DNA of 64,000 nt. Origin: a virus. The notes beneath the pieces are model-generated. The model worked only from the letters and a program-made list of their open reading frames with translations, searched no databases and was not told the origin of the DNA. The position numbers and the translations under genes are program-made. Positions 32,527-42,024 of this stretch are shown piece after piece. How positions within the stretch are numbered: the stretch's first letter is position 1; the number at the start of each line of letters is the position of its first letter. Where the stretch lies: positions 32,001-96,000 of IMG/VR virus record IMGVR_UViG_3300043395_000996. One strand, written 5' to 3'.

Positions 32527-33638
32527 TAATATCTTAATTTTTCGTTTAAAACTTTAATCATTTTACTATCATTTAATGATAGTTCCTTTGCTCTTTCAAT
32601 TGCTTTGTTTGATATATCTAAACGATGGGTTTCGTTATCTAATATTCTATCAAGCATATCAAACAAATCCTTTTTATATTTAAAGAATAATCCATTTGGG
32701 TCTATCTCTTTATAACAATCTGATTCCTGAAATATCATCGGTGTTCCATTCATCATACAATCCGTTGCTGCCACACTCCATCCATAATTGGTTTGCCTCA
32801 TCTGAACTCCAACCATACATTCTTGTAATCTTTTGTAATAGTCGTGTTTGGCAACTTTTGTATTATCAATCCAACTAAATTCTGGCTTACCATCCAATTG
32901 TGGCACCCATACTTTAAAATCTTGCCTACGTTCCCTATACTCTTCCATCAATTTAATAAATGATGGATATCCTTTATAAGCGGCTGCTCTATGATTGAAT
33001 ACAATAACTTTTTCCTTTGATTGAGGCGATTCGATTATTTTGGAATTATCTACTCCTAAATTCCATACTACTAATATACTATTTAATTTTTGAATAAACA
33101 AATCATTAAACCACAATTTTGCTTCTTCCAAAACTCTATCTTTTTGTTCTTGTGTATTTAAAAAGCAAGTTTCCATTTGAGATACACCTAAAAGTTCTAT
33201 CGGCATCCATCTCCATTTGTTTTTTCTATCTTCGGCATTACAAGTTTTCATTTCCCACCAATGACAATATCCTATAATTTTGGTATTAAAATCATTTTTA
33301 TATCTACCAACTTGTGGCCAATCCGGCAAATGTGAATATATTACATCATAATCAATAGTTTCCAATAACCTATTCATATCAGGCGGATATGTTCTCATTT
33401 TAATCATATCACCTGAAAATGGTAGTATATGTTGTTTTACATTAATAAGATTCAATTTCTTAACCGCTTGTGGTAAAATGATATTCCAATAAAAATCACC
33501 ATGCGATTCCAATGCTTTTATATGGTTGTAAATAACATCAACAAATGAATCTTTTTCAATATTAGAAGAATTGGTAATATTTGGTATTACCAATACTTTG
33601 CGAGAATTACTATAATCTATACTATCCCAAAAATTCAT
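32526..33638 (-). CDS. GT-B glycosyltransferase, candidate DNA glycosyltransferase
   Basis: FNHRAAAYKGY; WSVAATDCMMNGTP; TAATG overlap with the polB start. Confidence 0.7.
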   Translation of the reverse strand: MNFWDSIDYSNSRKVLVIPNITNSSNIEKDSFVDVIYNHIKALESHGDFYWNIILPQAVKKLNLINVKQHILPFSGDMIKMRTYPPDMNRLLETIDYDVIYSHLPDWPQVGRYKNDFNTKIIGYCHWWEMKTCNAEDRKNKWRWMPIELLGVSQMETCFLNTQEQKDRVLEEAKLWFNDLFIQKLNSILVVWNLGVDNSKIIESPQSKEKVIVFNHRAAAYKGYPSFIKLMEEYRERRQDFKVWVPQLDGKPEFSWIDNTKVAKHDYYKRLQECMVGVQMRQTNYGWSVAATDCMMNGTPMIFQESDCYKEIDPNGLFFKYKKDLFDMLDRILDNETHRLDISNKAIERAKELSLNDSKMIKVLNEKLRY

Positions 33639-33639
33639 A

Positions 33640-34866
33640 TTATCTTCCTACTTCTTTTAAATAATGTTCTTTCATTTGTTCCCAAGTCATTCCAATTGCA
33701 TCTATATAAAATAGAACCTCTGGTTTGATTTTACCTTCATCAAACAATTTTTCATATCGTTTGATTGCTTTATTTTTCCACCATTTAATAGTGTATTCGT
33801 TTCCTTCTTTGAATTTATCTTTCAACACTAAATCCTTCTCTTCAATTTTTGAACAAAGGAATTCATTACCATTTTCATACATTTGTGCAAAATATACACC
33901 TCTTTGGAATCCGTGGTCATATTCATTTCCTTTAATTCCTAATTCTTTGAATATTGCCTGAATAATCTTTTGTTTGATTCCACTTACAGGTCCATTCTTT
34001 TCGTAACCCATATTAGCACCATTTCTTTCTCTCTCATCCATAATGTTTTTCTTATACCATTCTGAACGATTTTCTTTTAACCATTGATGCCACGGGTCAT
34101 AAACTTTATCATCGGGTTTTGTTGAAATCTTACCTTTGGATTCACCCAATGTTTTGAAATGTGGAATACCATTATATTGTGAATGGATACCATACAAAGA
34201 TGTTGTTCCCACTCCAACCAATGGATTGTTGTATTTCTTTTGCCAATAATCTCTAACTTCGGGTGAAGTTGCTAATGCTGCGATTAACTTACCACCTAAA
34301 AAATTATATCCAAATGGTTGTGTTGATACAATGGTAGTTGCAATTGTAGTGCAATTTAATTTACCCTTTTCAAACTTATCTTCTTTACTCCAACCAATAT
34401 ACTCATCTCTAACACCCAATGAAGTAATATCAGAACCCAAACAAATTTGCCCTAATATTTTTCCGCTTGTTCTATCCTTTACATAACATTTTACATTACG
34501 ACCTGGATTAGCCTGAAACTCCATTGTGTGAATCAATCTACGAATTTCAGTCCATCGAGTTGATTCTTTTGGGTCATCTTCTACAATTTCTACATAGGGA
34601 TTGATTGATTCGATTTCCTTAATAGTTAGCTCTTTATTTGTAATATCAGTCGGCTTCCATAACGAATCATAGTGTTGTTGAAGAACCGGCAATCGTTTCA
34701 TATTAGAAACCAAATCATCGTTCCACTCCATCCATTTTTTGTAGAGAGTTTGCTCTTCTACTGACATAGTTTTAAGATAGTCCATATTTTCAATGAACTT
34801 CTTTTTCATAACCTCATAATCAAATGTGGCCGTGTTTGTTTCTTCTCCGGTATCCCAAAATTTCAT
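33640..34866 (-). CDS. DUF4338 (DruA-like) protein
   Basis: PGRN...LGQICLGSD...RDEYIGW...QPFGYNFLGGKLIA...TTSLYG. Confidence 0.75.
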   Translation of the reverse strand: MKFWDTGEETNTATFDYEVMKKKFIENMDYLKTMSVEEQTLYKKWMEWNDDLVSNMKRLPVLQQHYDSLWKPTDITNKELTIKEIESINPYVEIVEDDPKESTRWTEIRRLIHTMEFQANPGRNVKCYVKDRTSGKILGQICLGSDITSLGVRDEYIGWSKEDKFEKGKLNCTTIATTIVSTQPFGYNFLGGKLIAALATSPEVRDYWQKKYNNPLVGVGTTSLYGIHSQYNGIPHFKTLGESKGKISTKPDDKVYDPWHQWLKENRSEWYKKNIMDERERNGANMGYEKNGPVSGIKQKIIQAIFKELGIKGNEYDHGFQRGVYFAQMYENGNEFLCSKIEEKDLVLKDKFKEGNEYTIKWWKNKAIKRYEKLFDEGKIKPEVLFYIDAIGMTWEQMKEHYLKEVGR

Positions 34867-34891
34867 ATTCAGATTTTATTATTGTGTTTTA

Positions 34892-34923
34892 CAAATATAC
34901 GAAAAATAATTGATATTACCAAA
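34892..34923 (-). promoter_or_regulatory. Bacteroidota-type promoter for DUF4338-GT-polB
   Basis: TTTG-N20-TATATTTG; the -33 box overlaps the last codons of the upstream Mom gene. Confidence 0.75.
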
Positions 34924-35719
34924 ATTTGGTATCTATTTCCGTTTCTGGTGCAATTGTTTCCCAATGCTGAATATCCTTATTATATGCACGAGCATCTTTA
35001 GGATAAGGTCTAATCTCATGTTTCAATGATTTAAGAATTGTTTTTCTTTCTTTCTTATCTTCAGCTATAATTTGTAAGTATCTATGCTTTGGTGGTTCTT
35101 CTCTTCTCCAAAATTCTTTGTAACCTTGCTTACCAATTTCTCTACGAAGATGCTCCAAATTACCACTACCCCATTTTGTAAACACAGTCCTACTATGAAT
35201 CCATTTGTATGGGTTATTTGATAATGAAATGCCATAGTTTGGCATTAGGGCGATATCGGTATTTAGCCCCTGATAAATCCAATTAGTTGCTTGGTAAATA
35301 CCACCCAAATGTTCTTGCCCATTATCGGCGTAAGAAATAAGTGCTTTAATTGCTTTATCATTTTCTCTGAACCATTTGAATGATTGTCCCATAGCAAAAG
35401 ATTCAATGTTAGAACCATAACCATCATCACAATAAAGACGTGTTAATTCCAATACATTATCTTTTGTAAGTAATTCCGAAATAGAAGTTGCTGCTCTAGC
35501 TCCAACGGGAAACCCGTAAACCAAACATCCAATCAATTTGGTATCTTCGCCCAACGCATTGGTTTCATCCATTTTATAGAATATTCCTAATGCGTATCTA
35601 CACGCAGTCCAAGCGTGAGTATAGTGTTTCTTTACGATAATATCTTTTGCTACATCTTTACCAATTGGTGCTATAAATACTTTTGATGTATCACAATATT
35701 GTTTGCCTTCTACTTTCAT
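34916..35719 (-). CDS. mom: Mom-family adenine-modification enzyme, paralogue 1
   Basis: KKHY, VLELTRL, ISYAD...HLGGIYQATNWIYQG, KHRY. Confidence 0.85.
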   Translation of the reverse strand: MKVEGKQYCDTSKVFIAPIGKDVAKDIIVKKHYTHAWTACRYALGIFYKMDETNALGEDTKLIGCLVYGFPVGARAATSISELLTKDNVLELTRLYCDDGYGSNIESFAMGQSFKWFRENDKAIKALISYADNGQEHLGGIYQATNWIYQGLNTDIALMPNYGISLSNNPYKWIHSRTVFTKWGSGNLEHLRREIGKQGYKEFWRREEPPKHRYLQIIAEDKKERKTILKSLKHEIRPYPKDARAYNKDIQHWETIAPETEIDTKFW

Positions 35720-35723
35720 AACC

Positions 35724-36479
35724 TTAATTTATTGGTTCTAATTTATGTATTTCTTCAATGAATTCCTCATTTGCTTTTGGATATGGCAAAGATGGATATT
35801 TTAGATTTTTTAATAATTGTTTTCTTTCTTTTCCATTAACCAAAATGTAAACGTAACGATGTTTTCTCGGTTCTTTTTTAATCCAAAATGGCGATGTAAC
35901 CATTGTCTGAATTATCTTCGGGTCATTCGTTCCGTATTTCACATATGAAGTTCTGCTATGATGCCACTCATCAATCTCACTCCACTTAAAACTCCAACTA
36001 TCATTTGGTCGGATTCGGTTACCCTGATAAATCCAATTGGTTGCTTGATATATAGTTCCTAAATGACCAGCCTTTGGGTCTGAATATGATACCAATGCTT
36101 TTATATGTGGTGCGTTTTCTCTTAACCATTGAAATGTTTTTCCAACAAACCAACTTTCAATATTACTACCATATCCATCAAACACAAATAAACGGGTTAG
36201 TTCTAACACTTCCGTTCTATCCAATGTTTCACATATAGATGCGCCGGAATGCCTACCAACCGGGTCACCATAACACGCTACACCAATAAGTTTTTCATTT
36301 ACTCCTCCAAAGAATTTGTGTTCATCGTTTGAAACATAAAATAAACCAATAGCATAGGATACTTTTGTCCATATACCACTATAATGGTTATTTACAATAA
36401 TATCCTTTGCTACGTTTTTATTTACCGACCTTACAACTAATTTTGATGTATCACAATATAACTTATTGAGTTCTTTCAT
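35724..36479 (-). CDS. mom: Mom-family adenine-modification enzyme, paralogue 2
   Basis: NNHY, VLELTRL, VSYSD...HLGTIYQATNWIYQG, KHRY. Confidence 0.85.
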   Translation of the reverse strand: MKELNKLYCDTSKLVVRSVNKNVAKDIIVNNHYSGIWTKVSYAIGLFYVSNDEHKFFGGVNEKLIGVACYGDPVGRHSGASICETLDRTEVLELTRLFVFDGYGSNIESWFVGKTFQWLRENAPHIKALVSYSDPKAGHLGTIYQATNWIYQGNRIRPNDSWSFKWSEIDEWHHSRTSYVKYGTNDPKIIQTMVTSPFWIKKEPRKHRYVYILVNGKERKQLLKNLKYPSLPYPKANEEFIEEIHKLEPIN

Positions 36480-36663
36480 AAGGCCACTTTATCATGTGTG
36501 TCCACGTTTGGTTTGTAACTATTTTTTTAATGTTAGCAGGAGATACCTTATAGTTTCTAGCAATAACATTGATATTTCTATGCCCTATACGATATAGTTC
36601 TCTAATTTCGGAAACCTGTTTTTCCGTTAATTTGTGCATTGGATGCGCTTCTCCTTTTAACAT
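36463..36663 (-). CDS. Stand-alone HTH protein resembling the C-terminal domain of HNH homing endonucleases
   Basis: GEAHPMHKLTEKQVSEIR...IARNYKVSPANIKKIV..TW; start moved to MLKGE, downstream of the promoter. Confidence 0.7.
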   Translation of the reverse strand: MLKGEAHPMHKLTEKQVSEIRELYRIGHRNINVIARNYKVSPANIKKIVTNQTWTHMIKWPYERTQ

Positions 36664-36667
36664 ACGT

Positions 36668-36699
36668 CTAATATAACACTTTTTTTTGAGAATCACAAA
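36668..36699 (-). promoter_or_regulatory. Variant Bacteroidota-type promoter for HTH-mom-mom
   Basis: TTTG-N20-TATATTAG (one mismatch to consensus), then 4 nt to the ATG. Confidence 0.55.
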
Positions 36700-36703
36700 T
36701 TTT

Positions 36704-36967
36704 TTACTTTAAATTTTCATTTATTGCGTTTACATATGCCAATTTAGATTGTAAACCGGTGAATCTTTCCACTTCTATACCATCTTTTTCCATAACTACT
36801 GTTGGAACTGAACGTATTCCGTATTTAGTGGCTTCTTCATAAGCTTCATCTACATCGTATTCTTCAAATCTTACATTTGAAAATTGGCCTTTAATTTCGT
36901 TCATCATTGGTGCCAATGCTCTACACGGTCCACACCATGCTGCGCTAAATTTTTTAACTGTTATCAT
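36704..36967 (-). CDS. trxA: Thioredoxin
   Basis: WCGPC; IRSVPT. Confidence 0.95.
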   Translation of the reverse strand: MITVKKFSAAWCGPCRALAPMMNEIKGQFSNVRFEEYDVDEAYEEATKYGIRSVPTVVMEKDGIEVERFTGLQSKLAYVNAINENLK

Positions 36968-36977
36968 AATTTTATTT

Positions 36978-38066
36978 TTAGTTGTTTTCTATTTTTGGGT
37001 ATTCTTGTGGATGATACAATGATTCCCATAATGGTATATTTGATATTCTTTGAATTGATTGAAAATAAATATCAAACATTATATCAAATTCTTTTGGAAA
37101 AATATCTTTAAAATTTGATTCATAATGTTTTGCTAAATTTAACAAAAGTTGTCTATTATGTCTATAAATATCTCTACACTTATCCCAAAGTTCATATAAT
37201 TCATCATTTGATTTAGCATTTAATTTTAATATCTCCTGATAAATCATTTTTTCTCTAACATTATCATCCGCATCATCATATGATTCATCTATTATATCGT
37301 TAAATGTTTTAAATCCCAAATTGTGTAAATTTCTTAAAACATGCTTTTGTCCTATAATAATAAATGGTCTAGATGATGCAAGAACTCTAAATGTTTTTTC
37401 AGAAATAAAAACAGAATCAATTGATAATACGTTTGATTCATATTGAGTTTCCGTTACAATATTACAAAACGCATCTCTATAAAATGGAACTAAATGTGAA
37501 TGATGGTGACAAAATGATGAATTTAAATCATCTTCTAAAAATGTATTTGAATTGTTATTATATCTAAATGAATAATATGAATTTTCTTTTATATTATTTT
37601 CTTCAAATAATTTTTCCAAATTACATCTATGCTCTTTTTTTGTTTTATTAAAGCTTATAAATTTTTTATTAAAATTTTTAGGTAATTCAAATTCTTCTAC
37701 AAAAAATTCATCAGGCGTAGCCCAATAAAAATTAAATGGATAATAATAAAATGTAAATTGTAAATATCCTAATAAATTTTCATACTCTTTAGTTTTATTT
37801 TCATAAAAAATGATAATCTTTTTAGTATTAATCTTTTTTTCTAAAAAAAATTCATGCAATTGAAATAATTGTAAAATGTGACCTGGAGTAATATATTCTC
37901 CTTTTTCCGAATATATTATTTTATAATCTCTATAATTTTCATAATAAAAATTAAGAAATTCATTTAAAACATACATTTCAGTTTGCATGAATAATGGTCT
38001 TTCAAAAAATATCGTTTTTGATTCAGGAGATATTATAATATATTTTTTAAAATCAATCCTTTCCAT
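36978..38066 (-). CDS. Putative glycosyltransferase-like protein, paralogue of 3664..4770
   Basis: ISEKTFR...RPFIIIG...LGFKTFNDIIDESYD; start moved to MERID. Confidence 0.5.
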   Translation of the reverse strand: MERIDFKKYIIISPESKTIFFERPLFMQTEMYVLNEFLNFYYENYRDYKIIYSEKGEYITPGHILQLFQLHEFFLEKKINTKKIIIFYENKTKEYENLLGYLQFTFYYYPFNFYWATPDEFFVEEFELPKNFNKKFISFNKTKKEHRCNLEKLFEENNIKENSYYSFRYNNNSNTFLEDDLNSSFCHHHSHLVPFYRDAFCNIVTETQYESNVLSIDSVFISEKTFRVLASSRPFIIIGQKHVLRNLHNLGFKTFNDIIDESYDDADDNVREKMIYQEILKLNAKSNDELYELWDKCRDIYRHNRQLLLNLAKHYESNFKDIFPKEFDIMFDIYFQSIQRISNIPLWESLYHPQEYPKIENN

Positions 38067-38778
38067 TAGTCTTTTCTTTGAAATCGGTGTATGCATCTAA
38101 TAAGGCATCTACGACCGGATGTCTATGATTGGTTAATAAAGTTTGTGAATCCATATCTTTAATCTTCTTTGCAGCTGATAATAAGAATTTAAATCCACTA
38201 TCTCCTTTATATTTTAAATCTACTTGCTGTGTATCACCACAAACTACCATCTTACTTCTTAATCCCAAACGAGATGTAATCATTTCCATTTGGTCATTAG
38301 TGCAGTTTTGTGCCTCATCTACAATAATAAATGAATCCAAAAATGTTCTACCTCTCATAAATGCCAAAGGTACAATTTCAACTTGTCCACTTTCTAAAAT
38401 CTTATCAATCTTTTCTTTGTTGTACAATTGATAAAAGTTAGAATAGATGGGTTGCATCCACGGTTCCATTTTCTCTCTCAAATCGCCTGGTAAAAATCCG
38501 ATTTCCTCTTTACTTACAGTAGGACGAGTAATGATGATTTTAGTAACCGATTTCTTAAATAACATATCTAATGCAACCTGGCAAGCTAAAAGTGTTTTAC
38601 CACTTCCGGCTTTACCACTTAATATTGTAATCGCATTATTTAAAATTTTCTCTTTTGCTTCTTTTTGCTCTTCATTCAGTTGTAACTGAAATTTAATAGG
38701 TCCTTTTGGTTTATCAATTTTTTCCTCTCTAATTTTCTCCGTTAATTCTTTGTTCTTTAACGATTGATTCTCTCCCAT
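38053..38778 (-). CDS. phoH: PhoH-family ATPase
   Basis: GKAGSGKT, GFLPG, FMRGRTF, DEAQN, GDTQQVD. Confidence 0.95.
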   Translation of the reverse strand: MGENQSLKNKELTEKIREEKIDKPKGPIKFQLQLNEEQKEAKEKILNNAITILSGKAGSGKTLLACQVALDMLFKKSVTKIIITRPTVSKEEIGFLPGDLREKMEPWMQPIYSNFYQLYNKEKIDKILESGQVEIVPLAFMRGRTFLDSFIIVDEAQNCTNDQMEMITSRLGLRSKMVVCGDTQQVDLKYKGDSGFKFLLSAAKKIKDMDSQTLLTNHRHPVVDALLDAYTDFKEKTNGKD

Positions 38779-38800
38779 AAAATTAATTTAAAATAAAAAA

Positions 38801-38929
38801 CTATTTTCCTTTTCTGCCAGATTTTTTAGTCTGCATTTGTTTTGGTACATTTTTAATTGGAGTTTGTTTAACTCCTTTAGCAACCAAAGTCTTTTTTTCG
38901 TTTTTGTTTCCAAAGAATTTACTACTCAT
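38801..38929 (-). CDS. Small basic protein, 42 aa
   Basis: Hand-translated: MSSKFFGNKNEKKTLVAKGVKQTPIKNVPKQMQTKKSGRKGK. Confidence 0.5.
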   Translation of the reverse strand: MSSKFFGNKNEKKTLVAKGVKQTPIKNVPKQMQTKKSGRKGK

Positions 38930-39101
38930 AATAATTTTTCATTTTAGGTGTACCTCTTAATTTTTGAACTAATTTGTGCTCCCTCACTTGTTTTATTTTT
39001 AAATCCAACCAACTTTCATTCTCCTCTACTCTATTTAACTTCTTTTGTAGTTTATGTAGCTTTTTTGCTACTCTACCTTTGTCAATCTTCTTCTCACTCA
39101 T
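38922..39101 (-). CDS. Basic hypothetical protein
   Basis: MSEKKIDKGRVAKKL...; start moved to clear the nrdA stop. Confidence 0.55.
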   Translation of the reverse strand: MSEKKIDKGRVAKKLHKLQKKLNRVEENESWLDLKIKQVREHKLVQKLRGTPKMKNYYE

Positions 39102-39120
39102 AGTATTGATTTTTAAAAGT

Positions 39121-40902
39121 TTAACCATCACAACTTAAACACTCCGGGTCCATTGCTTTTGCTGCAATATCTCCTCGTAAAACTGATTCGGTTCTCATAT
39201 AATATAACGTTTTAACACCTTGCTTCCAAGCTTCCAAATGAACTTGATTAATCCACTTTGGTTCTGCCGTAGCGGGAAATGCTAAATTCAATGAAACTGC
39301 TTGGTCAATATATTGTTGTCTTACTCCAGCTTGTCTTACTAAATCCAATTGGTTAATTTCTTTGAATGTTTTGAATACATCTTTAACTGAATTACATCTA
39401 TGAGCTCTTTCATCTATTGATACTTCCTTACATTCAATTAATTTACCTTCAGAAAAACACCAATCATCCAAAAAGTCCAAACCTTGTACCGAGCCACCAT
39501 CTGCTAAAATTTGGTCCCATACTTCTTTTGTATTTTTACCAACTTTACGAAGTACTCTTTCTAATTCAGGATTCTTTCTGATAAATGTACCTTTAGATGT
39601 TTGTTCGGTAAATACGTTAGCTGCCCAAGGTTCAATACCACTACTTACATTTCCACTCAATTTGGAGTTGGATACAGTAGGTGCTACTGCTCTTAAATGA
39701 GTATTTCTCATACCACTCTCTTTACACCACAGTGGTTCACCATATTCTGATGCTAACCATCTACTTGCTCTTTCGGATTCAATTTTAATTTGAGAGAAAA
39801 TCTTACGAGTTTCAAATTGTGCTTGCAATCCTTCAAATGGTAATCCTTTTTGTTGCAAATGCGTATGCCATCCCAATACACCTAATCCCAATGCTCTACC
39901 TCTTTCTGCTGAACGAACCGAATTCTCAAATCCTTTCATATTTTTAGCTCTCTGAATAAACTCTTCTAATACACCATCTAAAAAGATTGTTGATGTATAA
40001 ACTAAATCAGTATCTTTCCATTCATCGTATTTAGCTAAATTCAAAGATGATAAGCAACAAACAAATGAATGCTGCTCATCGGTATGTAGAACGATTTCTG
40101 AACATATGTTAGTCATATGAACTTTCAATCCATTCTTTTTGTACATTTCAGGGTTTGCTTTGTTTACATTCCCTTTGTACATAATATATGGTTCACCTGT
40201 TGCTTTACGTTTCTGAAGTAACTTACCCCATTTACGTCTGGCTTCTGAATCGCCTTCTTCTAATTTCTTCATAAACTTATCACTAACAACTACACATTGA
40301 TGTAGGTTTAATGATTGTCTATTCACATCGCCTTTTGGTTCTCTAATTTCCAAAAAGTCATCAAAATCTTTATGTTCAATTTTAATGTTCACCGATGCTG
40401 CTCCTCTTCTAACTGCTCCTTGATTTGTAGCAAGAATAGTTGAATCATAGATTTTAGCAAATGGTACAATACCATCCGATGTTCCATTGCCAGTAATTTT
40501 AGAACCAGCCGGTCTAATCATATTAATACCAATACCAACACCACCTCCGTGCTTTGCTAATAGCATCAATTCTAAATTCTTTGAACCAATTTCAAAGATA
40601 CTATCGCCCACATCTATACCAAAGCATGAAATGGGTAATCCTCTATCGGTACCTGTGTTTGCTAATACGGGCGTTGCTAAACACAACCACCCTTTCCAAA
40701 TGTAATCAAAGAATTTTGTTGCCAATTGTGGTTTCTCCAATCGTTTGGCAACAGCCGTAGCAACTCTCCAATATGCATCTTTTGGCTTTTCTCCGGCCTG
40801 TAAATATGTTTTAGATATAGTCTTTACATATATCTCATTGTTTCCCCAAGAAGGAAAATCAACATCTACTTCCCATCCGTATTCTTCTCCGTAATTTTTC
40901 AT
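39121..40902 (-). CDS. nrdA: Ribonucleotide reductase class Ia alpha subunit, short form with no ATP cone
   Basis: PISCF, TNICSEI, APTVSNS, KTLYY, C-terminal CLSC. Confidence 0.96.
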   Translation of the reverse strand: MKNYGEEYGWEVDVDFPSWGNNEIYVKTISKTYLQAGEKPKDAYWRVATAVAKRLEKPQLATKFFDYIWKGWLCLATPVLANTGTDRGLPISCFGIDVGDSIFEIGSKNLELMLLAKHGGGVGIGINMIRPAGSKITGNGTSDGIVPFAKIYDSTILATNQGAVRRGAASVNIKIEHKDFDDFLEIREPKGDVNRQSLNLHQCVVVSDKFMKKLEEGDSEARRKWGKLLQKRKATGEPYIMYKGNVNKANPEMYKKNGLKVHMTNICSEIVLHTDEQHSFVCCLSSLNLAKYDEWKDTDLVYTSTIFLDGVLEEFIQRAKNMKGFENSVRSAERGRALGLGVLGWHTHLQQKGLPFEGLQAQFETRKIFSQIKIESERASRWLASEYGEPLWCKESGMRNTHLRAVAPTVSNSKLSGNVSSGIEPWAANVFTEQTSKGTFIRKNPELERVLRKVGKNTKEVWDQILADGGSVQGLDFLDDWCFSEGKLIECKEVSIDERAHRCNSVKDVFKTFKEINQLDLVRQAGVRQQYIDQAVSLNLAFPATAEPKWINQVHLEAWKQGVKTLYYMRTESVLRGDIAAKAMDPECLSCDG

Positions 40903-40912
40903 AACTTATAAT

Positions 40913-41926
40913 TTAAAATATATCATCCCAATTTTCACCTTCTCCCGCCTTCGAATAATCCGTAGGTCTTAATGCAAAGAAGTCGGTATGTGTTACACCC
41001 CCTGTAAGATGATAGAACCAATCCAATTCGGATGCTTTCTTTTCATCAAATTCAAAAAAGTCATCTCCACCAGCCATTGGATTGTATCCCAATTCAGCTA
41101 ATTTTTCATTAACTCTCTTTGTAATAAATTCTTTCAAATCAGCTGCTTTAAGATTTTCTAAATCTCCCATTTCAAATATCTTATCAATGAATTTATGTTC
41201 TAAATCGATAATGATTTTAGCTGCTTTGTAGATATCTTCTTTAGCTTCCTCCAATAATTCGGGAAACTCTTCACACATATGTCTGAATAATTGGCAACCC
41301 ATTTTAGAATGTAGTGATTCATCTCTTACACTCCACTTCATTTGTTGTCCAATACCTTTTAATAGATTTCTCATTTGGAATGAGTAAAGAACTGCAAATG
41401 AAGAATAAAGTGCTACACCTTCTGCAAATGCCGAAAAGATAGCGAGTGAACGAGCAACCTCAATTCTAGCTTTTGGATTTGTATCCAAATCTTTTGGAGT
41501 CCAATCAGCCGTTGTGTTTGTTAATAATTCAAATCTCTCCTTCATTGCTTCATCGTGTAAGAATCCTTCAAAGTCATCTAAACCCAATGTTTCATTTAAG
41601 TAAGAGTATGCTATGGAATGAATTGTTTCCTGCGAACCAAACGCCATAGCCATTTGTCTAATCTCATGCTTTGGAAACCATTTAGTAACCATACCGGTCC
41701 AATAATCTGAAACGGCGCATTCGGTTTGAGCAAATCCTAATAAGATGTTACCTACTAAATGTTTTTCGGATTCAGAAAGGTTTTCATTCCAATCTTTCAC
41801 ATCCATCTGCATTGGAATTTCAGTATGTAACCAAAATGCTTGCATTTGCTTTAACCATCCTTCCGTATAGTATTCTGGGTATTCAAACGGCTTAAATGGT
41901 ATCCTTTCCGTAAATAATTTGCTCAT
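40913..41926 (-). CDS. nrdB: Ribonucleotide reductase class Ia beta subunit
   Basis: ETIH..AY, EG..LYSSF, DESLH di-iron ligands. Confidence 0.96.
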   Translation of the reverse strand: MSKLFTERIPFKPFEYPEYYTEGWLKQMQAFWLHTEIPMQMDVKDWNENLSESEKHLVGNILLGFAQTECAVSDYWTGMVTKWFPKHEIRQMAMAFGSQETIHSIAYSYLNETLGLDDFEGFLHDEAMKERFELLTNTTADWTPKDLDTNPKARIEVARSLAIFSAFAEGVALYSSFAVLYSFQMRNLLKGIGQQMKWSVRDESLHSKMGCQLFRHMCEEFPELLEEAKEDIYKAAKIIIDLEHKFIDKIFEMGDLENLKAADLKEFITKRVNEKLAELGYNPMAGGDDFFEFDEKKASELDWFYHLTGGVTHTDFFALRPTDYSKAGEGENWDDIF

Positions 41927-42024
41927 CTTATGTTTTTGTTTTGTTAGAGTTGTAGGTATAACTATATTCTCAAAATTAAAATTTTCCCTTTTCTTTAGAA
42001 AATTTTATATGAAAATTTGTCAGT

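Noticed and set aside
33640-34866. Druantia anti-phage system
   Set aside because: No DruE helicase or other Dru genes; the context is phage replication and modification genes
36463-36663. Mobile homing endonuclease
   Set aside because: Only the HTH portion is present, with no nuclease domain upstream; a promoter sits directly before the ATG
29965-41926. Inteins or introns in polB, nrdA or nrdB
   Set aside because: Normal lengths, contiguous motifs, no intein splice-junction motifs
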